Positions 13,441 to 26,036 of a stretch of DNA of 54,561 nt are shown here, piece by piece. The translations under genes and the position numbers were made by a program. Source of the DNA: Geosiphon pyriformis uo1 (Eukaryota > Fungi > Glomeromycota); contig JAAOMT010000745.1 of assembly GCA_016748015.1 (NCBI GenBank), positions 4,881-59,441 on the forward strand. Reading direction: 5' to 3'. Under the pieces are notes generated by a model. That model saw only the letters and a program-made list of their open reading frames with translations. It did no database searches and had not been told where the DNA came from. Numbering within the stretch: position 1 is the stretch's first letter; each line of letters starts with the position of its first letter.

Positions 13441-15718
13441 ATGTTTTCTCATCGTCTTATTAAGGCTTTTGATAGTCTAGTTATTTCCTGTGCTGCTAAA
13501 GAAAATGCTAAATTTTTTGGAAAATATGGTAAAGACTTTGAATTAGTGTTTGCTATTTTTGTAGGAAAATTAATAGCAAAGTACAAGAGGTTATATTCTC
13601 ATGATGTGGTTCAATTTCAATAATGCTATCGACTTAAAATTGTTTTACCTTTTGATCTAACCTTCACGTAAATTTGCAGCTAGATTTTATGCTTCAACAG
13701 CTTTAAAACCATTGAGCGTTCAAAGTACAGGTTTCTTCTTGAGAAGAGATAAAACCCCTTTTTTTGGTTCATTGAAAACAGCACAAATTCGCGAGTTCGC
13801 TCAAGTATGATCATGCATGAAAATGTAATCCGTAGAAGGAGTGCATTTTATTGATAAATCAATTTTAAATTTTGGCTAGATTTCGGAAATTAAAGAAACA
13901 AAGGAATCAGTCACAGATATTCCAAATGCTTCGATCAACAGTAATAACAAAAAATTATTGGTTCACTGGAGAGATAAAAAGAGAATAAGTAAATTGTAAG
14001 TATGTTTATATTATTTGTTGTGAAATTTGTTCGGGTGTGAATAAACCTGAATATTTATTGGACATAGTCACGCGTTCTGGCTAAGGGATCATTGCCAATG
14101 TTTCCAATGTTATCATTCTCTCACCAAACAGCGATTAGTGGATACTTTTAAGGTTTGATTTTTTAATTTTCTGGATTTTTCTCTGACAACTTGTGATTTG
14201 AAAAATGTCTCAAAAAACTTCAAGATTCCTACGGATATTGCACCTTCATCTGTAAGTTCGAATGCAGTTGGTGTAACTATATCATGTAAGAGTTTTCAAT
14301 TGAAACTATCAGTTAGTTGCTTAAATGCAAAGACACATTTCTCATCAATCGTGTGTTGTTTTTTCCAGGGAACGATGGTCATTCGAGTTTATTTGAGTGG
14401 AATTGGCTACGACTTCATTCGTATGATCCACCGTTATTGTTCGATAATCAAAAGCCCAAGTAAGAAAGTTTGCATTGCAGTATGAGTTATATTTCAAGAA
14501 ATTTCGAAAGGATACTAATAAATTTTGATTTTTGAAATTGGTGTGAACTGATATTAGGAGCCAGAAGGTTACATGGAACGCTGAAGAAATAAAAACTTTC
14601 TTCCCGGTGGTTCAATATGAACATGTAAAGTTTTTCCTTTTGTTGTTCTGAAATTTTTTGAGTTATTATATTAATAATATTTCATTTTCTTGGTATTTGA
14701 CCAGGTGATGAAAACTCGGGATGGATTAGCGGAATGGCTTCATAACATAGTAAGATTTTTATGAGTTAATATCAAAAATATGTACTAGCATAATATTAAT
14801 CGCAAAAATCGGATTTTAGGATAAATATGGTTTATCCTTTGTTGATGGCGTGCCACCCAACCCAAAAGATACAGAAGATTTAGCAAAAAGGATCTGTTTC
14901 ATTCGTGAAACACATTATGGTTTGTTAAATGTTACATTTTGCTACTAAATATTTTTATATTTTGCAATTCTTTTTATTGTATTTGATCTTTGAATAATTC
15001 TTATATGCCATGTCTTTCCTTATTAAAGGTGGCTTTTGGGATGTCATGCCCAATCTTGAGCATGGCGACACGGCTTACACTACTCTGCCTCTTAAAGCCC
15101 ATACCGATAACACTTATTTCACAGATCCTGCGGGGTGAGTCAAATAAAAGCAGAAACTTTTAATTTTGGGCTCAAATCTGACCAAAATAAGTCTAAAATT
15201 CCAGGCTTCAGATGTTCCATTTAATTGAGTTTGAGGGAAAAGGAGGTGAATCGTTGTTTGTAGATGGATTGCATGCCGCGAATCTTCTGAAAAAAACTCA
15301 CCCAGAGGCGTACCATATATTATCAACCATACGAGTTCCGGCCCATTGTGCTGGTGATGAAAATATTCATATTCATCCCACCCCAGGTGGTTTCCCGATT
15401 CTTAATCACAATCCATCTACAAATGAGCTCTATCAGATTCGATACAACAATAACGATCGATCGACAATAAATCATTTGGAACCAGAACAAGTGAATTTAT
15501 TTTATGATGCTTTGCTAAAATGGAACGCATTATTGGAAGATAAGAAAAACGAATTTTGGATTCAGTTGACACCGGGACGTGCCATTATTTTCGATAATTG
15601 GCGTGTTTTGCATGGTCGGGCTGCATTCACAGGGCATCGAAGATTGACAGGGGCATATTTGAATTGGGATGACTATCAAAGTCGGTTAAGATGTACGAAT
15701 CAATTACAGACCAAATAA
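13441..15718 (+). CDS. TMLHE: Trimethyllysine dioxygenase (Fe/2-oxoglutarate, carnitine biosynthesis), mitochondrial, multi-exon
   Basis: Spliced exons give a basic, hydroxylated presequence (MFSHRLIK...ARFYASTALKPLSVQS), the N-terminal Zn motif WLRDHCQCFQC (about 14077-14109), RETHYGGFW, the Fe ligands AHTDNTYF (about 15098-15121) and FDNWRVLHGRAAFTGHRRLTGAY. Canonical GT-AG introns. Start could be 13405. Confidence 0.92.
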
Positions 15719-16206
15719 CCATATGAGCTAGCTCCTTTCAATTGTGATTTTAAATCAATTTTGATGTTAAATATCGTGTTCTTTAAAAATTGTAATTTTT
15801 CAAGATAGACATAGATTTAGAAATCAAAGCCAGTAATATCATACTATATTTCATATCAATATAAGATCTAATCGATTAGGTCCAATTTATTCTTTTTCAA
15901 TTTATCTCATGATCGATATGAAGTAAAACGAACAGTGTAAATGCTAAATTGAACATTTCCGAAGCTTATATAACCACAACGTTTATTTTCTCTTCTACGT
16001 TGATGCACGATTTCCTTTTTTACAAGGGAGCGGAAAATTTTACTTTTCCCAATACGAATAATCAAATTGAAGTTTCAATTTCATTTTGGTAGATTTATGC
16101 AATCAAAATCTAAATGATTTAAATGTTAAGTCTGATATTCACCAGGAATTTTTTTGGGAATTAAGGTCTTTTTTTAATGCATTACCAACTTTGAGAAAAC
16201 CTATTT

Positions 16207-17660
16207 TTAATAGGGACTGCATCGAGTAGTCAAAGGTATATTGTTTTTTTTGAGAGCTGTTGACGTCTGAGCTGATCCATCCGCAGTTGTGTTGCTTAAA
16301 TTTTCTACTACACCACATCGATTACCTGATATTTGCAAAATGAAAATTTAAAAAACACCAATTTTTAATTTTTTAAACAAACTTTTTGGGGAAAAACCCA
16401 CATTTTTCTTGGCCATTAGAATCGCTCAAAAATATGGAACCAGCCACTTTGCAATTCGCACAGGTTCGGCTGGGCTTGTATTTCCTTTGATCCTTGCACA
16501 AATGAATTTCCCCGTCTGGTCCAATATTTACCGGACGATGGCGTCCATTTAATTTCAGACTGTAAATCATAATTATATAAGAAAACATGGGAAAAATATT
16601 TTTCTGTTAAAAAAAAAACTACTTACTAAATTCCACAAGCATTACAAAGTAAAGCAATTCCTTGCATATCTCTTCTCCATGCTGGAGTATTTCGCGTGCC
16701 ACAATTTGAACAACGAAAAATTTCACCTTGTTTTGTTTTTGGCTCTTCAGTATTATTAGTGGTAGAGTTCATTGCAAGGCACGAATCATCCCCGTTTATA
16801 CCGCAGGTGGAATGAGTATCGGTAAAATATTTATACCGACGACGTGAACGTTTCGAATCCAAAGAATCAGCATCATCATTTGGAGATTGCTCTTTTCCTT
16901 TTTCAATCTCGGTATCAAAAGGTATCTCGACCATGCTAGTGGTTGTAATTTTTCTTTTTCCATTAGCATGGGGAATTAAAGTTTGATCAGAAAAACTCGT
17001 GTCACTATCTGTTTGTAATTTAGGATTAGAATGAGTCACGGATAATATATGATGTTGTGAGGGTATCTCTTTAAAAGTGAATTGTTCCTTAGCACAAATA
17101 TGACACCACTGATCAGGACAATCAACCTCGGAACAAATATCTGGGGAAGCAAAAATTAAATTGCTTTTAGGAATATTTACTAAAGGGTAAGGACAAGTAC
17201 TCAAAGTGGTTTGTCTTGAAACAGAAGGAATTGGTGGGGGTAGTCGCCAAGACTCTTTGCTTACAAACTTTTCATTGATATTTTGCCGACCCTTTCCTTT
17301 ATCTTGGGTTGAAACGTCTTTGAAATCAAAATCAGGAACGATTGGTGAGAAGATAGGGAATAAGGAATCAACCAGATTTTTAATCTTCGGTTCAATGACC
17401 AAGGGAGGCGAAACTTCAGAATTTAAAGAGAACGAGTGTATTTTGGTTTCGCATGTGATTTTGTGAGCTGATTCGATTTTATATTGAATCTCGGAAGAAT
17501 CTTCCAGGACGTAGTTGGCTTTTTGATCAATTCGATTTTCAGTCAAAATTGCGAGATCTTCTGCATCTTTTCGGTCGCGTAAATCCAATGATTTAAATAA
17601 TGAAATAGGTGTAGCTTGTATTTGGGATTGATTCGTGTTACTAGACTCAGATTTGTTCAT
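16207..17660 (-). CDS. GATA-type zinc-finger transcription factor (3 exons; one canonical and one atypical finger)
   Basis: CSNCGTRNTPAWRRDMQGIALLCNACG (C-x2-C-x18-C-x2-C), then LKLNGRHRP in exon 2. Second finger CANC-x16-CNRC is completed by exon 3 (about 16326-16207), ending RCSPY*. Confidence 0.88.
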
Positions 17661-19275
17661 ATTCTTTTATTATTTTGAATTGATTGCTGGAGAAATAGAG
17701 AAGTAAGTTTTAAGATAATAAATTTCATTTTGTTTAGTGAAACTGAAAAATTTTGGATAAAAATAACACTAAACATTGCATAAATAATCATCTTGAAATT
17801 TAAGCCTCACCACGGAAGGGTTTAATAAACCACAAATGTATTAAAGACTGAAGATTGAGATCAGAATGAAAGCAGGTTTCTATCGCAAATTTCTTATCAA
17901 AAAAAGTTTATTATTAAGAAACCTAACCTTAGCACTTCTATATATACTAATCAAATTAAATATGCCTACCTTTTACTAAAACAAATTTTTAGTGATGCAT
18001 AAAACTACTAAATACTACTACCATCATAATTAACAGTCGTATGCGTCGCAGTGATCTCATGCTTTTACAATCCATTTATAATAATCATTTCTTTCAATCT
18101 TTGCCAGACCGAAATACTGATTGATCTCTTTGTTATGATTTATAATTTGGCTTGCCGTGATAATGAAATGGAATTGATCATTTCAGACTGTGAATTATGA
18201 CTATGAGTAGTTAAATTTTCAAATTGATGAGTTCTATGATTTAGAATACCTAAAATCATAATATCAATTAATGAAAATATCAAGGAGTTTGAGGGGCCTA
18301 TTTCCCTAAAGTAATCATCGGAGTTATAAAATAAGGGATGAATCTATTCTATTCATTCAAAATTTGCACCAGAAGAGTGAGAAATATCCCGCAGGAATAT
18401 CAACAGGCAAAGCAAATTGATCATATTAATTACCAAACCTTTATTTTTGAGTTTTCTGATTGCATTTATCACCTGTTGAACATATTTAAATTTGCCTTAA
18501 TTTTTTTTTTTTTGAGAATTCTCGAATTTATTTAACAAATCTATTACTCAAGATTACAATTTTAAAGATGATTTCAATGATTTTGTAGATGAATTTGATT
18601 AAAGGCTTTAAATATTCCCCCGTGAGATTTTGAATATATTAATTTTCAAAAATTTGGTTGGTTCTACATATTAACTAGGCAACTCTTAATTTTGATCGAG
18701 CATAATCAATTTGCCATTTCCATCTGAAAAATAATATTTTTCAATTGAGTTTTAAGGACAGAGTTTTAATTTAAAAATATAAATCCAAAGATATATTTGT
18801 TGCCGAGCTCAAAAAAGTTGAAAATTTATAAAAAAACCATTAAGAAACTTCATTTCTTTAAGGATTATTTTTGACTGCAATTTTTTCATGATTTTAAAGG
18901 TTGAACCCAACAAATCAATTAATATTAACTATCAGCTAGTATTTTAACTTGACTATTAATCGAACTTTTGTCAAATAGCCGATAATTACCAAATTTTCAT
19001 TTGCTAGCTATATATGTAAACCTTAAACCCAAATATCGAATGATTATCAATTTATCATGCATTTAAGACAGAGTAAAGCTTTTTGATCAGTTTTCTGGCA
19101 ATTATCTATTCCAAAGATGGCACATTAAATAAAAACTCCTAACGGATATCAATAAAATTCTCACAAGATCTTTGGACTCGTAGTGTAAAGCTTAAAGAGT
19201 ATTTATGAAAGGTTTCCTCAAAGGAAAATCTACTCATTTTGAAATATCTCTTACTCAACAATCGTTATTGTTTAA

Positions 19276-21432
19276 ATGATGTCACAAAATGAAGAAACTA
19301 TTATCACGATTAATATACCAGCTGAGAACCTTGAATTTATCACTGGCCAGAACGAAGGAAAGCTTCGATGGGTTGAGTAAGTATTAAGCTTATAGCGTGA
19401 CTAATCGAAATTTTAATCTCAAGTCATAAAAATATCTGTCTTAAATTTCATCTGAATAGACAGCTTACTGGAACTATCATTCAATTATCCAATGATAAAA
19501 CTCAGGCGAAAATCAGAGGAACGCTTGCCATGGAAGCAAGAAAACTCTTTGTTTATCTCTACCAACCAGATACAACAAAAAAACAAGTAAAACCACATAA
19601 GTCATTAAATGGGTCCTATAGGGATTTTCAAAGTGAAAGACATTTTTCAAGGCCATCAAACTCCAAATTCTGGCCCAATATTGGCTTCACGATAATCGAA
19701 ACGACTTCTCAAGACCTTTCCAAAGTGAAAATCGGGTTTTTCAAGTATTCAGGCCAAGATTGTAATCCCCATTCTTATGGAAAAGATCTATATTATCCCC
19801 AAAGAATAAACGAAGAGATTGAAAATCGCGATTTCGAAATTGAGTTCGAAAAAGAAATTAACAACAATTTATGCAGCTTACACTGGAGTGAAAAAAATGA
19901 TCAGGACATAAATAATGCTCACAAAATTTTATTTGGGAAATCTTTGAATAAATTTAACTCATCCTCGAAAAATCCTCAAGAAAAAATTTGGAAGGCGAGT
20001 GGCCTTATTTTAAGTAAAGAATTTTTATTTTGAAAATTGAAACCAATTGCAATGAATTCTTTTAACCCCTTAATGTTTTATCAGGTAAGGATAAGACTTC
20101 AGATACTGGTCCATTTGATCAAAATAACCAAGGAAAACCGATTGATATCGCTTTAGAAGAACAATTGAAAATATCGGATTATCGAAACAGCCCCAAAGAT
20201 AACTCTGCCATATTCAATCAATCTAATCTCATGGAAGAAGCATATTTGAAGGGAAAAATAGCCTATAGCAATGACAAGTACCATTGGAGTGATAAGAACA
20301 TAAAGCAACTTCACGAAACCCCTGTTTCTCGTGCAACATCCTGGAACCAGGAGACGCAAACAAGACCGTTCGAGTATACCATGTATGTCCCAAATCGTGA
20401 ATTTCCATATGGGACATCAATTCATCTAGGAGACTGTATAAAAAAAATTTCGACGGTGGCCTTACAATGTTATCCTTTGGATCAAAAGGGAAAAGAAGTT
20501 CATTTAACGATATTCTTTGGGTTGGAGTTATTTTTTAACTTTCAAGAAATCCCGAGAATTCCGCTTACTATTCAACAGTGGTGTGATATTAAACGTGAAG
20601 GAGACGCACTGAAAACTTCATTTCAACACAATGCAATCCTTATCGATGAGCAAAGATTGCTTGATTTAGGTCTTGGATTTAAAAAAAAATGGCAATCACA
20701 AGAAAAGTGGAACACAATTGTATTCTTTAGGGAAAATGGCGTTGATAAAAAAATGAAATTGGTGTGGGACTCAAAAGAACGTAAGCGTTTCAAGTCATAG
20801 CAATTTTTGAGATTGCAACTTTTAAATTAGATTTACTTCTTTTGTAAAGGAATATGGAAGATAAAAAAATTATTTAAAGAAGTTCACCGAGTTGTCGTGA
20901 TGGATGTATTGTCAGGAGCAAATGGACCTGATTTTCGTTTCAGTACCAAAACCCAAGTCAGGATTCCCATTGAGAATCGCTTGCGAGAAATAATTTCTGA
21001 GATTCAACCTGCCATGAAAACTCGTTACGAAGCCCAAAAAGATATGGAGTTTCGTCCTATTGATTTTGAAAATAGGCTTAGAGTGAACCGTAGCCAACAG
21101 ATGATATCGAAAAAACGCTTCATGTAACTCAGTTTTCATTCCTTTGTATATTTAGTGTTTTCCATTAAAGGCTAACTTTTCTGTCTTTGTCAAACAGCAA
21201 TAGGAAATATAGAATCAATATTGTTTTGATGCGACAAGATTCGGGCAATAATGTTGTAAATACCATAAACGAAGTTAGGTTGAAGCATATGGATTGGGTT
21301 GAATTACTCGATCAAGATGACCTAATTTATTTGGCGATGAGGGATAAAACCAAACAAACAAGGCAAATGTTAGATGACACTATCCAAGAGACTATCGGAT
21401 ATACGAGAGAAATTGTTAAAAAGATGGAATGA
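19276..21432 (+). CDS. N-terminal KH-like domain protein with conserved fungal C-terminal domain (DUF7905-like), 5 exons
   Basis: Exon 1 MMSQNEETIITINIPAENLEFITGQNEGKLRWVE|QLTGTIIQL resembles a type I KH domain. ORFs 19530, 20165, 20897 and 21187 join through GT-AG introns. C-terminal MDVLSGANGPDFRFSTKT motif. DUF assignment is from recall, not a search. Confidence 0.75.
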
Positions 21433-21449
21433 TTTTTGAAATTACTTAT

Positions 21450-21560
21450 TTTCAGCAATGAGATGGGTCATCAAAGTGATCTAACATTAAAACTATGTAA
21501 GTCCAATTTAGGTAATATACAAGCCCTATAAGGGGTAGGCTCCCGCGTCGGCCTAAACTG
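21450..21560 (-). ncRNA. Putative omega-RNA scaffold / right end of Fanzor2 relic 1
   Basis: Directly after the stop: GCCGACGCGGGAGCCTACCCCTTATAGGGCTTG...GGACTTACATAGTTTTAATGTTAGATCACTTTGAT. GC-rich, with stems TAGGC/GCCTA and CCCT/AGGG. Position matches omega-RNAs of TnpB/Fanzor elements. 3' end uncertain. Confidence 0.5.
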
Positions 21561-21822
21561 ACTCATTTTTAATAAGATAATGAAAGAGAATGTTACGAGC
21601 ACCATTGATATCCCTGTTTTGCATCAAGAGCAGCAAACCACTTTGGAACCATGGATATAGTCGCAGAATCCACAATTTTGCTTGTTTATTCATTTATTCA
21701 AATAACTATTTGATACCATAGATGCTCATGTGCCTTGTAGATTAGATGTTGGCGAAAGCAAATATGTGACTATATATTCCTTGAGAACAAAATTCGGGTA
21801 ATAATATTGTATGGCAGTTTTT
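21553..21822 (-). pseudogene. tnpB: Fanzor2 / IS607-TnpB-like RNA-guided endonuclease relic 1 (C-terminal RuvC/Zn-finger half)
   Basis: Minus strand, allowing frameshifts and transitions: NCHTILLPEFCSQG; (W)SHI(R)FRQHLI(H)KA(R)EH(P)W(C)QIVI; E-x-TSK..GFCDYIH; GSKVVCCS*CK; RDINGARNILFHYLIKNESV*. RDxNGARNI is the RuvC-III motif. Not in the ORF track. Confidence 0.85.
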
Positions 21823-21824
21823 CC

Positions 21825-24800
21825 TAATTAAAACACATTAAAAAAGTTTTTTATATATATTCTTAAAGATAATTTTTTTAAGATAAAAATTAATTCTTGG
21901 AATATTGCATAGTCTAATTATATTATTTAAAAAAAAATTATTTATTAAAAATTGAGTTATTAATAAGATAAATAAATAAATCTTTAATATAAAATGTAAT
22001 ACTTAGGTAATAATAAGAATAAAAATTAGTGTTATGTTAAATTTTGATAACACTATTCCAAAACAACAGAATTTTTATTAAATTATACTTCTAAGAGCAA
22101 AACTGCAACACAACAAAATTTTTGACAATTACTGTAATTTTAAATAAAAACAACGACTGTGAAAATATATATAAGCAAAGTGTTTTGAATAATTTAAAGC
22201 TAAGAAAGTTTAAACACTTTCATATAATGACTATAAATTGAACTAAATAAAAAATTTGCTTATATTATTTATCTTTTCTTAATTCAAATTTTAGATTTTT
22301 AATTGTTTAAAAATATAAAAGTTAAATATTAGTAAACATAAAATTAAAGAATTTAATTTTATAGCCACTTTATAACTTCAGTCAATACAATTTCAATTAT
22401 TAACATAAAAATTATTAAATTCTAAAATTATTCTAAATTGTTACAATATTACTTTTTAGAATATATTTAAAAGCTAATATTTTATTCTAAATTCACTATT
22501 ATTTGATAGATTCTTTAATTAAGTAAACAAAATTTTCAGAAGTATTTAATTATTCTATATAATTAATTAAAAATATTTAACATTTTCTTCCAAAAACAAA
22601 TACTATTTTTATTATTAAAATTTTTATTTTGTAATTAAAAATTTTTTTAATTAAATATAAAAAAGCAACTTAAAAAGTTATTTTTGGATATGCTAATAAT
22701 TTTAAATAAAAATATCAAGTTTGATTAATTAATTATTTAATAAATTTTGTGTAAATTATCAAATTTAATAGTATTACAAAAAAATACATAGTTTTATTTA
22801 GAATTAATAAAAAGGTTAAATGCTTTTGGAAATTTAAAATGGTTTTTAACTCTGGAATTAATCAATAAATATTGGCAAATAAAAAGAAATAAAAAATATT
22901 ACAATTTAATATATGTTTTTTAAACTAACAAAAACATCAACAATATTCTAATCATTAATGTACGTAATTTATTCCGAGCTTTGTGAAATCAGTGTACTTT
23001 ATTTGTTGAAAAGAAATATTATTTGCTAATATTTAAATTATATTTATAATATTGTAAAGAAAAATTTTTTAAAATTATAAAAAGTTAAATCAAAAATAAA
23101 TATTGAAAAATATTACTTTGAAAAAAGAGATGGACATTTCTAAAACACAAAATTAATAAAAATCAAATTTTAAATATTGAAAAAATACAAAACTTAAATT
23201 TCCCAAAATTTAACTGAAGTTAAAAAATTTTAGATTTAATTTTTTATTTAAAAAAAATTTATCGATATTTTTCATTAAATTATTATTATAGTAATTAAAA
23301 TCATTTATTTTAATTATGTATTAATTACTAATGTCACATATTTTAGCTATCTTTTTTTTGAAATTAGTTAAATTAATTTTCGATTTAATTATCAACCAAA
23401 TTGTTGACTTTGTTACTTTTTCATTAGCTATATAAACGAAATTTCTCAAAGTTGTTAAAAAGTATTTGAATTCATTTGAATGTCTTAGAATAAAAACTCA
23501 ATTAAGTTTTTATTATTCTTTTTAAATTAAATTTAATCATATATCTCGAATTGTATTTTTTAAAATTAGCTTGAAAAATAAAAAGACTTGTTTTTATAAT
23601 TTTTTAAATAAAGAATTGTTGAAATTAATTAATATCTGCTATTGAATTCTAAAAGTAATAGCTAAAAAAATAAAATTATAACAGTTTTATTATTTTTGGT
23701 TAATAATCACAAACAATTTTTTAATCTTTAAATTTTTTTGGAAATATTAGTGGTTGTAATTTAATACTAATTACATAAATTGAATTACTTACAAATTTAA
23801 TTTGCTTTCTTATTAAGATTTTTTTCAGTTAAATTTATATTGCTTTTTTATATTAATAATTTATAACGGTACAGTTTTTAAAACAACCAACTTAATTATT
23901 AATATTTTGATAAAACATGAATAATTTAAACAATATTAACACATTATTATCAAATCACTTTAAAAAAACAGTTCAATTAAAATAAATGAAAAAATTTTAG
24001 TTTTGAAATATTTTGATAAAACAAAATTTATAATATTAATTTTTTGATTAATAAAAAACTTATTTAAGCGTTAAATATTATTCTATATGTTTTATAAAAT
24101 CAATATAAAATAATTTTTATAATTAATTTATTTATAGAACACAAATTAAAAAGTATAAAAACAACATAATTGGTTATTATTTGTGTAATAAAAAGTATTA
24201 AATAACAATTCACTAAAAAAATTATGAGTAAAAAGCCTAAAGTTTCAAAACAATAATATTTTTTTAACCAAAATATGCGAAATGTGCTTTACATATTTTA
24301 TGAATACTAAATAAAATTTATCTTAATAATTAATATTCTAATTTAAAAAAAGGTTTTAATTATAAATTTAAATGATGTAAAATTAACAATTTATTTCAAA
24401 TATTTTTGAAAATTATGAAAAAAATATGGATACTAAATGGTTTACTTGACAAAATATTTTTAATGGGTAATTTTCAAAATAAAAATTGTAAATTAGTTGT
24501 AAAAAATTACACATGTTTTTAAAAGCTTTAAATTTTAATTACAGTGCTATCCTTAATTTCAAAACCTAAATTTAATTATATTAATTTGGCCTTATTAATT
24601 TTTAATTGATATTATTATTTTTAATTAATTTAATTTTTTGTTTTCTGTTAAATTGTTACTTTAACTTGTAATAATATCAATGAATAATCGTTTTTATGTT
24701 TGTATTTATTTAAAGTTAAAGAATTCGCTTTTATAATTTATTTATAATTTATTTTTTTAATTAATATTATTGTTTAGTCATTTTATATTTTGCTATTTAT

Positions 24801-24990
24801 TTTTTTATTATTTTAATTTATAATAATATGATAACCAAAGAGATTTTGAATATTTTTTAAAATACTTTTTGATTTATAATATTGTCATTTAAATAATTTT
24901 ATAATACAGATGTTGAAGAATATTTTGTGTATAAATGTATAAATAAAATCATTTTTAAACAACCGACAAAATAATTAATTTAGATTTTTA
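21825..24990. repeat. AT-rich hypermutated repeat block (unidentified TE relics)
   Basis: Composition as in the other TE blocks; begins exactly where Fanzor relic 1 is truncated. Confidence 0.5.
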
Positions 24991-25697
24991 TATTTTCCGG
25001 AGAACATAATATTGACAGTGAGATGCTATCTTTGCATAAAATTTCGAACAACATTGTGATAATTATCATTAAAATCTTTTTCCAATTTTTTTTTGGTTTG
25101 GATCTTAATTGGTTATAAAATATTTAAAAAAGTATTAAAACCAAAAATGTAGTTTAATATCTAAAGTACATTATTGATGTTGAATCATATTAATTTTTTT
25201 GACAGATGGTATTTGGTAAAAACCTCGTTGTCATCATTATTTTTCATGCAACTGTAAATAATAACACAAATCCCATTATTGAATCTTGATTCCAGAGATA
25301 ACAAGCAGCAGAAATAAGAAATTAATAATTAAAATGATAAATTAAGATATTTTTTTATTACCACAGAGTTACTTTGTCATTTAGAGTAATTTATTAGTAT
25401 TCGTCTATTAATATGAAATTCAAAGCAATATTCTCCAATTAATTTTTTTCATGAAAAATTTCTTATAGGCGATATAAAAGAAGAGATTCTCTTTGGAATA
25501 CCTCAATCGAATTATTAATGATCCCGTTGAAAACATATGAAGTCAGTTGAAGATTTAGCAAAATAAGAAATTAATAGCGACCATGTTTTTTATTCAGGCT
25601 AAGATATTTTAAGAAGCACGAGATCTTATGATTAAATCATAAGTTATTCTTTTATGTTTTACACAAAACCTTAAACGTTTTATTGTTGCCCTAAAAG

Positions 25698-26036
25698 CAA
25701 CAAATCATTGAGACAATGGGGAAACTTGTTTGGTACCCTTGTGTACAATAACTACTTAAACCTATTTGGTATGATTTGTGACGAATAATAGTTTCATAAA
25801 TAACAATATTTTTAAAGAGTAAATGGGTTTTATTTAAATACTTTCTTCTCGTAATACTTATTCACATTTTATTCACTATGGAAAATCTTTAAACCAAAAA
25901 AATCCCCTTCGAATCAGTGTTCTTCTTTCATTTCCCCTTAAATCATTATTAATTAAATACTTTTAACTATAAGAATATAAGTAGCTATAGTACAAAAGAC
26001 GCCAAACCAGTACCCCATTGTCTCATTGTCTTGTTG
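25698..26036. mobile_element. MITE of about 340 bp with about 60-bp imperfect terminal inverted repeats
   Basis: Left caacaaatcattgagacaatggggaaacttgtttggtacccttgtgtacaataactactta (25698-25758) versus reverse complement of right (25978-26036) caacaagacaatgagacaatggggtactggtttggcgtcttttgtactatagctactta. No TSD resolved. Confidence 0.75.

Noticed and set aside
14198-15326. ORFs 14198-14485 (+) and 15114-15326 (-) as separate genes; likewise 17206, 20153, 20229, 20912, 29567, 36536, 37009, 37124, 43549, 44310, 49464
   Set aside because: They are exon/intron read-through or antisense shadows of better-supported genes.
22815-22880. NAFGNLKWF resembling the PIF/Harbinger ENAFGxLKxRF motif
   Set aside because: Single short match; no other Harbinger motifs recovered nearby.
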